Below, piece by piece: positions 9,829-20,450 of a DNA stretch of 64,000 nt; position 1 is the first letter of the stretch; every line of letters starts with the position of its first letter. The translations under genes were made by a program, and so were the position numbers. The notes under the pieces are model-generated. The model was not told where the DNA came from. It made no database searches and worked only from the letters and a program-made list of their open reading frames with translations. The DNA comes from an uncultured Planctomycetaceae bacterium. GTDB lineage: Bacteria > Planctomycetota > Planctomycetia > Isosphaerales > Isosphaeraceae. The stretch lies in contig CAWIAD010000002.1 in the NCBI GenBank assembly GCA_963833985.1, forward strand, positions 6,112,001-6,176,000, read 5' to 3'.

Positions 9829-11334
9829 ATGGCGCGGCGAATGAACGGCGAGATGCTGCACTGGCTGGATGCCTTGTACCGGGATGGATCGCTCGCGGAG
9901 CGGAGCGACGCCCGCTTGCTGGAGCAATTCCTTGCGGCGTCGGGGGCCGGCAGCGAGGCCGCGTTCGAGGTGCTGGTGCGGCGTCATGGTCCACTCGTGC
10001 ACGCCGTCTGCCGTGACGTGCTTCAAGACGCGGAGGCCGCGGCCGATGCGTTCCAGGCCACCTTCCTCGTGCTCGCGCGCCGGGCCGCAACCATCCGCGA
10101 TCGCGACCACCTGGCGTCGTGGCTGCGCCGGGTCGCCCGGCGGGTCGCCACGCGGCACCGCAATGCACTCGCCAGGTCGGCTGCCGCCGAGCGGCATATG
10201 GCCGTGGACGTCTTGCGCACGGCGTCCTCGCCGGTCGACCACACGGGACTCGAGTCCGCGGCCCTGGTCCGCGCGGAGATTGACCGCCTGCCGCAGGTCG
10301 AACGCCTTTTGTTACAGCTCGTCTACTGGCAGGGCAAATCCTACGAGGAAGCGGCTGCCGAGGTCTCCTGGCCAATCGGCACGGTCCGCAGCCGGCTCTC
10401 GCGCGTTCGCGACCGCCTGCGTGGACGTTTTGCCCGGCTGGGCCTGGCTCCCCTCGCTGCTTTTGCCAGCTCGGCGGCACTGAGCCAGTCGTCGTCCGCC
10501 GCGCAGGTGCCGGAATCCTTGATCGTGCAGACCGTTCGTGTGGCATGCCTGTCTGCTGGTGGCGGTTCGTTGGGCACCGAGGCCGGGGTGGTGCCGGCGT
10601 CGGTGGCCGCGCTGGTCCAGGGAGAACTTACAATGATGTCCATGAGCACGTGGAAGTGGGTTACCGTGGTCCTGGTCGTTTGCGGGGGCATGGGCACAGG
10701 CGCCATGGCGCTGGCCCAGCGGCGCTCGAGCAAGCACACAGATGATCCGGCAGTTCCTCCCGCCATTCTGACAACCCCGACGGCGACCGTTCCGGCCCCC
10801 GCGCAGGCCAGGCACGAGGTGCGCAACCTGCTGGCCAATGGAGATGTCGAGGCCGGCGCAGGCAAATCACCCGAGGGATGGACGACGGGCGCGCGGATTC
10901 CCGGTGTGGAATATCTCTGGAGCCGTGACGCGGGCCATTCCGGCAAGGCCAGCCTGTGCATGAAGAAGACCGCCAACCGCTACTTCCCCATCGCCCAGTG
11001 GTCGCAGACGGTGAAGCGTGAAGGCGACTTGCCCCGGCTCAAGGTCTGGGCCTGGGTCAAGGCCGACCACGTCACCAAGGCGATCCTCGACGCCCAGTTT
11101 GTCGACGCTGGCGGAAACCGGACGCATGCCTGGGTTGTCTATATCGGTCCCAAGGAGCCGGACAACCCGCCTTTCACGCACGACTGGAAGCGCTACCAGG
11201 GTGTCGTGGAGATTCCCGCGAACACGCAGCAGATCTCCGTCGCCCCGCAGGTTTACGGCCCCGGTAAGGTCTGGTTCGACGACCTGGGCGCGGAGTACAC
11301 CAGCGACCCGGCCATCGATCCGATTGGCTCCTGA
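9829..11334 (+). CDS. ECF sigma-70 factor fused to a TM helix and an extracytoplasmic CBM-like beta-sandwich
   Basis: AAGGAGG RBS. Sigma regions AFEVLVRRHGPLV...DAFQATFLVL and IGTVRSRLSR; TM segment WVTVVLVVCGG; C-terminal NLLANGDVE...VWFDD. Confidence 0.88.
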   Translation: MARRMNGEMLHWLDALYRDGSLAERSDARLLEQFLAASGAGSEAAFEVLVRRHGPLVHAVCRDVLQDAEAAADAFQATFLVLARRAATIRDRDHLASWLRRVARRVATRHRNALARSAAAERHMAVDVLRTASSPVDHTGLESAALVRAEIDRLPQVERLLLQLVYWQGKSYEEAAAEVSWPIGTVRSRLSRVRDRLRGRFARLGLAPLAAFASSAALSQSSSAAQVPESLIVQTVRVACLSAGGGSLGTEAGVVPASVAALVQGELTMMSMSTWKWVTVVLVVCGGMGTGAMALAQRRSSKHTDDPAVPPAILTTPTATVPAPAQARHEVRNLLANGDVEAGAGKSPEGWTTGARIPGVEYLWSRDAGHSGKASLCMKKTANRYFPIAQWSQTVKREGDLPRLKVWAWVKADHVTKAILDAQFVDAGGNRTHAWVVYIGPKEPDNPPFTHDWKRYQGVVEIPANTQQISVAPQVYGPGKVWFDDLGAEYTSDPAIDPIGS

Positions 11335-11370
11335 GTCTTTGCCCCCGGATCGGTCGGGATCAGTGGCCGC

Positions 11371-12425
11371 TCAGTCGCCCGAGTGTGCCTTCCGCTTGAA
11401 CCACCGGAGCGACTTCTTGCGGTCGAGCTTCTTCCAGACCTTGAAGAACCTTGCGCGCGTGGTCTGGGCGGTTTCGCGCTGGGCTTCGATGAGCTCGGAA
11501 ACCCGGCGGGCAAGACCCTGGTCGTGGGGATGGTCTGTTAGGAAGTGCTCGAGCTCGGTCGTCGCGACTATCGCGTCCTGATGCGCGCCCAGCACGTCCT
11601 GGATCCGGGTGGTCAGGCGGATGAATTTCCTGGCGCGCTTCTGCGCCCGGTGGCCGAGAGCCGGGGCGATCAGCTCGGCGGCGTAGCGGGCCCGCTTGCG
11701 CGCTTGCGAACCTCATGGAACTGGGCATCGGGATCGGTCGAGTCGAGGTCGGTTGCGTGCTTTCGGAGCTGCCGCCAGGCTGCGCTGGCAAGGGGCGGCA
11801 AGACCTTGCGGCAAGTTTGCGAGGCGGAGTCCTGGAGCGCGGGGGACTCGATGGCGGCGGACAAGCTGGCCGCCAGGGCGCGGTACCGCTCACCTTGCAG
11901 GGCCTCGTGAAGCGCGCGCGCGTGCTCGTCGTGCCGGTCCTGGAGCGTCCGGAAGAGCGGGGCGAGTGGATCGTCCGGACGGGGTTCACATCCCCTGGTC
12001 TCAGTCTTGCCGTTTTGCCCGGCGGACGACCCGGCGGCACGCAGGCGCTGGCAGAGGATGTCCAGATCGCGAACGCCGCCGAGCAACCCCGCAATCCACT
12101 TCAGCTCCTGCTCGAGGTGCCCGCTCCACTCCGGTTCCACCAGGTCCGCAAGCGTTTTCAGCTCGCTCCGCAGGCGGCGCGTGGAGGTGCGGAGCCGGTG
12201 GATTCCCTCCGGCTCGCCGTGACGGACCTCCGGATCGGCGGCATGCAACCGCGACATCGCGGTGCGGAACGCCGCACAGATCAATGCGGCCGCGGGATCC
12301 CCGGCACCGACTGCCGTCTGGCCGCCGACGTCGGAAGCCGAGACCGCCGACAAAGTGCCAGACGGGATGAGACCATTGGCCGTCTGACCGTCGTGCACCA
12401 CTCGAGGCTGAACCTTGACGCTCAC
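11371..12425 (-). CDS. CHAD domain protein; frameshift near 11700
   Basis: Motifs IHRLRTSTRRLRS, LGGVRDLDIL and FHEVRKRA; second frame gives QDVLGAHQDAIVA. Confidence 0.85.
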
Positions 12426-12655
12426 CGGAGTTCATGCTCACAAGGGGATACGTTGGATCGACCGAAACGTCCGGGGTCCCGAAAAAAAGATCCGCGGGTC
12501 GGGTAACCCCCATCTCGGTCTTCATGAAACCCTCACAACCTGATTCTAATCGAACGTGCTCCGGGCGTGTCAAGGATCCGGCTCAATTCGCATAGATACG
12601 GATTCAATGCAATTAATTAAAATAACATGAGTGATCGAGTTCGTCGCCGGCTTGC

Positions 12656-12685
12656 TTGACAGGCCACGCCCGGTGCCATTAGCAT
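12656..12685 (+). promoter_or_regulatory. Candidate sigma70 promoter TTGACA-N18-TAGCAT
   Basis: Perfect -35 hexamer, plausible -10, and an AT-rich tract upstream (12601..12630). Confidence 0.4.
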
Positions 12686-12739
12686 CAATGCGCGTACCAT
12701 TGCCGGGGATGTTCCAAGCTCCCTGTCGCAGGCACTCCG

Positions 12740-13222
12740 TTGAACGGCTCATCTGTCGTTTCCCTGCTCTCTCGATGGCGCCTCATTGCGGGGCTCGTCG
12801 TCCTTTGTCCTGGCGTTCTGAACCAGGTGGTTACCGCCGGCACCGGGTCCCTGGCGGCCCCGGCTCGCGTTTCCGCCGACGAGCACTTCAGGCACTGTAG
12901 GTGCGGCACGAGCTGCGACCGCGGTTCCTGCTGTTGCCTGCCGCGGGGTGACCGGACTTTCCCCGGCGGCAGGCGTCACGGCGCCGTCGACATCGGGCTA
13001 TCGACCTGTCCCCGCTTCGGTCCCGTCCCCTGCGGCCGGCCTGTCCATCAGGAATCGTCGCCGCGTTCCGGCCCGTTGGGACGTCTGCTCGGTCAGGAAC
13101 AGATGAGCAAGCCGGGGGAGCCGGGCAAGGGCGAGTTCCTCCCCGCCGAGCCGCCCACCATTCTTCCGGAGCGCTGGCTCCCCCTGCCAGAGAAGCCACC
13201 CGAGCGGAGCATCGCTGGATAG
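12740..13222 (+). CDS. Cys-rich small exported/leader protein with Pro-rich C-terminus
   Basis: Hydrophobic N-terminus, [15 protein letters not shown] cluster and C-terminal LPEKPPER. The TTG start is uncertain. Confidence 0.55.
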   Translation: MNGSSVVSLLSRWRLIAGLVVLCPGVLNQVVTAGTGSLAAPARVSADEHFRHCRCGTSCDRGSCCCLPRGDRTFPGGRRHGAVDIGLSTCPRFGPVPCGRPVHQESSPRSGPLGRLLGQEQMSKPGEPGKGEFLPAEPPTILPERWLPLPEKPPERSIAG

Positions 13223-13389
13223 TCTCAGGCAGATCCGGATCACGCTCGTCTGCGACCCGAGCGTCCCGCGGGACGCTCCCGGAAAAGCGCATCGTCTGCG
13301 CGGCCTCGCGCCAGAGCTTTTTCGACGCCGTGAAGAAGCCCGGCGCGAAACCGGTGCGTCGCTCACTCCCACGCAGGGGCTATTCTCCT

Positions 13390-14433
13390 ATGAAGAATCA
13401 TCGTTCCTTCGCTTTCACACTCATCGAGCTGCTCGTGGTCATTGCGAGCATTGCCGTTCTGATCTCTCTCCTGCTGCCGGGAGTGCAGGCCGCCCGGGAA
13501 GCGGCCCGGAGGGCTCAGTGCACGAACAATTTGAAGCAGGTGGGGCTGGCGCTGGGCAATTACGAGGCCGCGAACCGCGTCTTCCCGTTTGCGCGGGGCG
13601 GCTACTATGCCGCTTCGCCCTGGTACGGCCGCTGGTCAGCGCATGCCATGCTGCTTGCGCAACTGGAACAGAGCATCCTGCTCAATTCGATCAACTTCGC
13701 ACTTGCGCCGGCCCTCCCCGATACGGGCCTGGACATGATGGGCAACGTGATCCTCCCCACGCTTCCCGTCCCGGAAAACAGGACCGCGACGCAGACGCGC
13801 ATCGCAACGCTGATCTGTCCTTCCGACAACAGCCAGGCCACCTGGACGGGAACCAATAGTTATGTCGTGAATCAGGGAGGCTGGATGTACGACTCGACAC
13901 GGAATTCCGGGTCGGTCGGCCCGTTCTCGGACGGCAGTGCCGCCCGGGTCGCAAGCGTCACCGACGGGATGAGCCAGACCGCCTTCGCGAGCGAGCGAAT
14001 GCTGGGATCGGGGATCGTGAATCAGGACCTCTCGGGCTGGTACATGTCCATGAAATCGCCGATGCCGACATCCGCCGACCAGACGTATGCGACCTGTCAG
14101 AGTGTGCCCGGGGGAACGATCTGGTTCCACCAGACGGGCGCGGCGTGGGCCTCGGGAGAGATGCCCAGCACGACGTACAACCACGTCAGTCCTCCCAGCA
14201 GTCGCTCCTGCGCGATCATGAACGGCATGCAGATGATGGCGCCCTGGTCGGGAGACGCGATGAACCTTCCGTGGTACATGGACGTTCCTCCCTCGAGCGC
14301 TCATCCGGGCGGGGTCAACGTCCTCTGCGGCGACGGCTCGGTCCGGTTCGTGAAGAACTCCGTTGCGGTGCAAAGCTGGCGCGCCTTCGGGTCCCGGGCC
14401 GGGGGCGAGGCCATCTCTGCCGACGCCTTCTGA
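13390..14433 (+). CDS. DUF1559 pilin-like protein (Met-rich)
   Basis: N-methylation motif [30 protein letters not shown], and C-terminal [14 protein letters not shown]. Confidence 0.95.
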   Translation: MKNHRSFAFTLIELLVVIASIAVLISLLLPGVQAAREAARRAQCTNNLKQVGLALGNYEAANRVFPFARGGYYAASPWYGRWSAHAMLLAQLEQSILLNSINFALAPALPDTGLDMMGNVILPTLPVPENRTATQTRIATLICPSDNSQATWTGTNSYVVNQGGWMYDSTRNSGSVGPFSDGSAARVASVTDGMSQTAFASERMLGSGIVNQDLSGWYMSMKSPMPTSADQTYATCQSVPGGTIWFHQTGAAWASGEMPSTTYNHVSPPSSRSCAIMNGMQMMAPWSGDAMNLPWYMDVPPSSAHPGGVNVLCGDGSVRFVKNSVAVQSWRAFGSRAGGEAISADAF

Positions 14434-14444
14434 ACGAGTCGCCC

Positions 14445-14660
14445 ATGAACTCGAGAATTCCGCGCCTTGCGTTCGCCGGCATGGCAATGGCATGCCTCAC
14501 CATTGCGGCACTGGTCTGCGGCTGTTCCGATGGATCAAGCCCGACAGCGGCCCAGGTCGAGGAAAGCAAGAAGGAACAGCAATTGCTTCATGACCAGATG
14601 CAGAAGGGGTTCGCCAGGCCGCCTGCCACCAGGCGGAGGAGAGATCGCCCCGATCGCCAA
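14445..14660 (+). CDS. Small lipoprotein following DUF1559 (its stop is not visible; in frame with the LRR gene)
   Basis: MNSRIPRLAFAGMAMACLTIAALVCG-C lipobox-like signal; 3' end is approximate. Confidence 0.55.
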
Positions 14661-14672
14661 GGGGGGAGCGGG

Positions 14673-15845
14673 ATGCCAGACCAGTCTGAGCGGAAAGCCC
14701 GCCGCCGCCCGTTCCGCCTCTCGCTTCGCGCGCTGATGGCCCTGGTGCTCATCGTGGGCTGCGGGCTCGGCTGGACGGTCCATCGCCCCGGGGTCCAGCG
14801 TGACGCCGTCGCAGCCATCCAGCGTGCCGGCGGGGCGGCCATGTACGAGCACCAGTTGCGGCCTCGCAGCAGTGGCAAGCCCTGGTGGCCGAAGAGTGCG
14901 GTCGAGATCCTCGGGATCGATTACTTCGACGATGTCAAATCGGTGTTTCTGGAGGCCAGGGAAACGAGCCTGGAGCCGGAGCTTGCCCGCGTGGGCCGTC
15001 TTCGCCGCCTGGAGCAACTGTGGCTTGCCGGCTCGCCGGTGACGGATGCGGGACTGGAAGCGCTGGCAGGCATGTCCAGCCTGCACAGGCTCGATCTTGG
15101 TTCGACCCAGGTCACCGACGCCGGGATGCCCGCCCTCGAGTCGCTCACCGGCCTCTGGGAACTCGACCTCAGTCATACGAAGGTCGGCGATGCCGGGATG
15201 GCTCATCTCCGGGGACTGTCCGGTTTGACCAACCTCTTTCTGGACGAGACGAAGGTTGGCGATGTCGGCCTGGCCCCCATTGAAGGGCTGACACGCATCA
15301 CGCATCTACGGCTCGATCACACCGCGGTTGGCGATGTGGGTATGGCCCGACTGGCCGGGCTGACGAGGCTCCAGTTCCTGTCCATGAACGGAACCGCGGT
15401 CACCGACGCGGGCCTGCGACACATCCAGAACCTGACGGGGCTGCTCGAATTGAGGCTCGGTTCCACACGCATCACCGACGCCGGGATCGCCCGGCTTGCT
15501 CAATTGCCCTGGATCCAGACCCTCGACCTCCGAAAGACCGAGCTGAGCGATGCGGGATTATCCCACCTTTCGCGGCTGACGACCGTGCGCTCATTACTTA
15601 TCGGATCAACCCGGGTGACGGGTGCCGGCCTGAAGCACTTGAAGGGACTCCCCTCGCTCGAGTTGCTCGATCTGAGCCATCTCGGGATCGGCCCGACAGG
15701 TCGCGCGGTTCTGAAGACCATGACAGGCCTCAGCCGGCTGGATCTGCACGACTGTCGCATCAGCGATGGCGAGCTGGATGAGCTGCGGAGCGCGCTACCG
15801 AAGACCGTGATCCCGCGTCCAGACTTCGGGAGCCCGGGGCCGTGA
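14673..15845 (+). CDS. Membrane-anchored leucine-rich repeat protein
   Basis: GGAG RBS. N-terminal FRLSLRALMALVLIVGCGLGW anchor and about eleven 24-aa LxxLxLxxTxVTDAG repeats. Confidence 0.9.
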   Translation: MPDQSERKARRRPFRLSLRALMALVLIVGCGLGWTVHRPGVQRDAVAAIQRAGGAAMYEHQLRPRSSGKPWWPKSAVEILGIDYFDDVKSVFLEARETSLEPELARVGRLRRLEQLWLAGSPVTDAGLEALAGMSSLHRLDLGSTQVTDAGMPALESLTGLWELDLSHTKVGDAGMAHLRGLSGLTNLFLDETKVGDVGLAPIEGLTRITHLRLDHTAVGDVGMARLAGLTRLQFLSMNGTAVTDAGLRHIQNLTGLLELRLGSTRITDAGIARLAQLPWIQTLDLRKTELSDAGLSHLSRLTTVRSLLIGSTRVTGAGLKHLKGLPSLELLDLSHLGIGPTGRAVLKTMTGLSRLDLHDCRISDGELDELRSALPKTVIPRPDFGSPGP

Positions 15846-15900
15846 AGCTCCGGGCCGGATACGCAGAGAAGGCATTGAGATAAAAGTGGATCATCGGGCC

Positions 15901-16047
15901 TAGAGCGGTTTTCTGACGCGTTGTGGGCAGTTCCTGAGTTTCGGAAAGGGGGGGCAGACATTCCTGTCTGCCAGGACAGGCCTGCTCCGGCAGGCAGGAA
16001 TGCCTGCCCCCGGTCTCAGTCTGCGATCCGAGTGAAAACCGTTCTCA
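15901..16047 (+). mobile_element. MITE/REPIN-like element, copy 2 (apparently complete)
   Basis: Termini TAGAGCGGTTTTC / GAAAACCGTTCTC form an 11/13 inverted match. Internal inverted REP-like pair at 15951..15972 and 15989..16010. Confidence 0.75.
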
Positions 16048-16090
16048 TGGCACGAAAGTGTTCCCGTTTCCTGGTCCGGGTGCGGGGATG

Positions 16091-17821
16091 TTAGAGGTAA
16101 TGTTCAATCTCATATCTGAAGCAATGAAACTGGTAGGAACCTCCAAAAAACAGCAAGTCAAACTCAATTCCAACGTATCCTGTGCCGTGGATGCTCACGA
16201 GGTCGGCCCGCTTGAACTCGAACACCCCCGACGTACTCTGGGTGCTCCACTGGTCGGCATCGGGCAAGGTATGTTGGGGATTGGCAAAAGTTTTTGAGTA
16301 ATCCCTTTTCCAGCTTCCAGGCAAGATCGTCGCGCCCATGGCGATGATGTTTGCGATTCCCGAAAGGTTCGCACCTCCGGGCGGAGTATAGGAGTGAGGA
16401 CCCTTCGCGCTGAAGACCCACTCGAAGTTCATTTTGTAGCTGTAGTCCGGAGAAAGCCGGGCATCGTCACCGGATCGAACCTGGATGCCCATGAGAGTCG
16501 ACTGCCACTTTGACGGATCTCTCCTTTCAAAGAGATTCCCCGCCGCCTGATTCCCCCCGGTCTGGTCTGTTGCCATCGGCCGAATGATCGTGTTCGACGT
16601 GGACAGGAACTTGATATTTGGCTCGACGGTATGCGCAGGCAGATAGAGATAACCATCGGGCAGGTTCAGGTCATGGGCAGCCCCATCGTCGTAGATGCCC
16701 GAGGGGGGCGTGAGCGTGAAAACCCGTTCCCCATAGGTCTCGAGCGGCACAAACGTGGCGTCCAGGGGACGTCGTCGGACACGGCGGACCTGGGTTCTGG
16801 GGTAGGAATCTCGCAATTCGCTCGAGGGTGGTTCTGCCGGCACACTCAGACGAGCCAGGAACCGCTGGATCTCGTCGGCCCGGTAGCCCGGGTAGAGCGT
16901 CAAGCCGTCCCGCCTGACTGGGAAGAATAAAGGTGTCCTCGCATGATGAGACGCGTGAGTCGGGTTCATCGCGCTCTTGACCTGATCCAGGATCGTGTTC
17001 AGGCTGCTGGCGATCGAAGTGGCGCGATTCTGCAACCGCAGGACCTCGGCATCCAGAAACTGTTGCGCGGAGGTCATCTCGGCCTGAACATGAGCAAGCA
17101 GGGTTCGCATGGCGAGGATGGCGGCGGCCTGTTGCTGGCTGCACTCTGCGCTCCCTCCAGGCACACAGGCATTCTGTACTCCCTGGATGCTCATATCGAT
17201 AGTTTGAACCGCATCCTGAACCGTGGTCTCGTAGGGACCGAGACCGGGATACCCCTCCACGCGCATCAGGACTGCCTTCGCGTTGCTGGCCGCCTGGACC
17301 ACGTTCTGCCACGAGACGTTGGAACTCTCCACGGCCGCGACCGCGGAGACCATGGCGTTGTAATGATCGATCAGCGCGGAAACGTAAGTGGACAGCGAGC
17401 CAACGTGCGGCGAGGTGATGTTCGAGACCAGGGTGACACAGCAGTCCTTGGAGACGACGATGTTGTTGTCGGCGACGCCATCGTCCGGGAAGAGAAACGT
17501 GAAGACGGCTGTCGGGATGTCATCATAGGCGATCGGCGTCGGGATGGGACGGTTGATCGGTGATGCATCCGGCTTCAAAACAGTCTGCCAGACCGGGCTC
17601 GATGAGAGCGTGACCAGCACGTTCCGCCTCGGGAAGATCGTGCCGACGAAGCTGTACATGAGCTCGTTGACGAAGGCGAGCTGCTTGATCGTCGGGTTCG
17701 TCGTCGAAGTGACAGGATCCATGTTGATCCGCACATTGACGAGCTGGCAGCTCTGGAAGAACGCTCCCGAATTGATCGGCATCGAGCACTGGCTACCCGC
17801 GGCGAAGATCACGTCGGCCAT
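16091..17821 (-). CDS. Hypothetical protein, 576 aa, no recognisable family
   Basis: Long ORF with natural amino-acid composition; GC visibly lower than the flanks. Confidence 0.8.
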   Translation of the reverse strand: MADVIFAAGSQCSMPINSGAFFQSCQLVNVRINMDPVTSTTNPTIKQLAFVNELMYSFVGTIFPRRNVLVTLSSSPVWQTVLKPDASPINRPIPTPIAYDDIPTAVFTFLFPDDGVADNNIVVSKDCCVTLVSNITSPHVGSLSTYVSALIDHYNAMVSAVAAVESSNVSWQNVVQAASNAKAVLMRVEGYPGLGPYETTVQDAVQTIDMSIQGVQNACVPGGSAECSQQQAAAILAMRTLLAHVQAEMTSAQQFLDAEVLRLQNRATSIASSLNTILDQVKSAMNPTHASHHARTPLFFPVRRDGLTLYPGYRADEIQRFLARLSVPAEPPSSELRDSYPRTQVRRVRRRPLDATFVPLETYGERVFTLTPPSGIYDDGAAHDLNLPDGYLYLPAHTVEPNIKFLSTSNTIIRPMATDQTGGNQAAGNLFERRDPSKWQSTLMGIQVRSGDDARLSPDYSYKMNFEWVFSAKGPHSYTPPGGANLSGIANIIAMGATILPGSWKRDYSKTFANPQHTLPDADQWSTQSTSGVFEFKRADLVSIHGTGYVGIEFDLLFFGGSYQFHCFRYEIEHYL

Positions 17822-17895
17822 GTGGCTTTCCCTGGTTCGAGAAGTGATCGGCTGGTTCAGAACGGGGTCGGTTGGAATCGAGTGCGGCTCGTGAA

Positions 17896-20204
17896 TTACA
17901 ACGGATTGCCGCGGACCTGGTCGCTGACCTGTGTAAAGAAGTCGTCGGTGTTCGACAGCTTCTCATCGAGCGTCTGCCACTCTGCGTCGTTTGTCGGCTG
18001 CGGAAGGTTGAGCGTCCAGCAGTTGTCGGTAGCGGACGACTGGGCGGGGAAGCGGCATTGCCCGGCGAAGGCCCATCCCAGAGCCGCCATGCCATCGAAC
18101 CAGGCGTCGAGCCAGGGTGGTTGATCCTTGGCCGGCAGTCCAAAGATGGTTCGCTTGATGGTCGCGCAATTCTGTTGTGCGAACTGCCCGTGCGTGGCGA
18201 CGATCTGCGCGATGCTGTACTGCGAGACGATGTTCTTCCAGTCGCTCGTGGCCTGTGCGAGGATGGTCGTCAGATCCGCAATGAGCTGAGCCTTCTCGGC
18301 GTCCGTGAATAACGCCGAAGCAATGACCTGAGACTTGAGGCCAGGCAGAAGTTGATTCTCAGCGCTCGCGACGAGCGCCTGAGACCTCACGTACTGATAC
18401 GACGTCGACGCCGGTATCAAGGCGGACTGGGCCGCTCTGGCCTGTGCCAGAAGTTGATTTCGGAAATCGACGGCACCAAGCTCTCGCGCCCCATCACGCA
18501 ATGCCTGCACGACGGACGCGGAAAGCGTCTGGAACTCGGCGATCGTGCTGTTGAGCCGTTCCCACTCGAGCCGATCCGCGAGCGCCAGGAGCAGCTCCGC
18601 GATCAGAGCACAGAGATTCGGACGGCACGTCTGATGGGCACTCGCCAGGAGCGATGCGATGTCGGCCCAGTCTGCCTCCGCCTGGTTCCAGAATCCCTGG
18701 AAAGCCGGGACATAATTCACGCGCTGAAACTCGGCGAGACTGGCAGCCTTCAGCGCCTGCATTGCGCTGTAAGTTTTCTCAACATCGTCAATCGCAGGCT
18801 GAAAATCGGCAACCGGACGGAGGTCCCTGTAGGCCGATTCGAGCCTGGCCTTGAGATCCAGCAGTTCCTGGAGCGGCGCGTTCGGGTTGCTGGTTCGCGA
18901 GATGATCGCCGGTGCAGTCGTCTCGATGCCGCGGTAGGGAGCGTATGCCGACGTGAACTGTGCCATGGCGATCTTCAGGGCGGCAATCCTGTTCAGCAAG
19001 AGCGGCCGGATCAAAGAATACTGCGGCTGGAAGACTGTATTGAGATAGCCGGTGATCGTTGCCAGTTTGAGGTGGTCGAGCACCAGGGAGACCTTGTCAT
19101 AGATCCCGTTGACGATCGCGGCAACCGCATCTTTGGCCGAGTTCTCCAGGGCCTGCGTGACCGCGGCGATTGCCGTGAGCACGGGGACGTCCGCGGTGCC
19201 GCATGGGCCCTCGAACGTGCCTTCCTCAGTCCAGGGAACAAGATCAAGGGGGTGATGCGGGATGTGGCGCTGGTCCTCACAGGGGCATGCGTCCCTGAGG
19301 GGAATTGCATGTAGAAGGACTCTCCATCAGGAACGAGCACGTAATAGGCAAGGTCGTAAGAGAATCCCGTAAGAGAGACAGACAGGCTTCCTCTCACGCT
19401 TAGCCCGGCAACCGTACCAAATCCCATCGTCTTGGAATTGTTGAAGTGACCGATCCACGAGATGTCCTCGACCGGAAGGGTCAAGGTATTGGTATCGAAA
19501 TCCCAGGTGGCGTCCGAGAATAAAGCGAATGTGAGCTCCCAGACGAAGCCATAGTCGGGAGAACCCAGGCTGCCTGCGACCTGCTGGTTGAGTAGTCCCA
19601 GAATGATTGGGTCGACAAGCTGCAAGACATAATTGAGCAAGTTGTGCAGCAGAACACGAATGGCATCAAACCCGCGATACGCCTGGACGGCGCCTGTGTA
19701 CGCGGACGTCCAGGCCGGTCTCACCTCCTGATCCACGTAGAAATCCGCCGCCGGGTCAAACGTCTGGTCTGGATCCTCCTCGGGCTGATAGAAGACGCTC
19801 GTGATGTTGTCTCCCGGCTCCTGGATCAAGAAGTGCCCGAGTGTTTCGCCGTGTTTCTGAGGCGGGTCCACACTCACCTTCAGGTCCCGGTTCCAGACAG
19901 CCTCCATCCACAAGTTATTCAGTAGCGTAAAATTGGTGGCGTCGAGCGTGTACCTGGAAACTCCGAGGCTCTGAATGTCGGCGTCTCTTTCGTCCGTGAC
20001 ATTGTAACCGACGTCGGTGATATGGACATAAGATCGTTTGGCTAATGGATTCGATCGCATCGCCTTTGCGGCGAGCGCTGCGAGATAGGGACCAAATTCC
20101 CCCTGGAATTGAGGAAAAGGAAGCGGCAGATTCGGCAATCCCGGAAACGTTTGGTCCAGCGGCGCTGCCTGGGTGCCGTGCGGGTGAGTCCTGCGTTGAT
20201 GCAT
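17896..20204 (-). CDS. Hypothetical protein, about 770 aa if joined; probable frameshift near 19300
   Basis: ORFs 19011..20204 and 17896..19182 join by adding one C to a C-run, giving MQFP-LRDACPCEDQ...GTADVPVLTAIAAV with no intervening stop. Confidence 0.7.
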
Positions 20205-20450
20205 GAAAGAGAGTTCCGGCGATGTGATCGCGTCAATCTAAGCGAGAATGAATGGCCCATTGGATTCGCCCGAAACCTGACAGTCAAGCAAGAAACGGTG
20301 AAAATAGAAGAAAAAGACGCACAACGCGCCGGAAATGGTAAAAAAGAATGGCGAGGACGATCGTCCGCGTCGCTGTTCGCAAGGTTGGCAGGAAAGGCCG
20401 CAACGCAGTCCCGGAGCGTTGCACCGGCATGGCGTGAAGGGCTCGACTCG

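Noticed and set aside
14145..14444. Upstream start of the 566-aa ORF
   Set aside because: It overlaps the conserved DUF1559 C-terminus; better starts exist at 14445 and 14673.
20284..20450. Hydrophobic C-terminal extension on the DNA ligase
   Set aside because: Probably read-through caused by an indel near 20480; the alternative frame gives a natural end at 20451.
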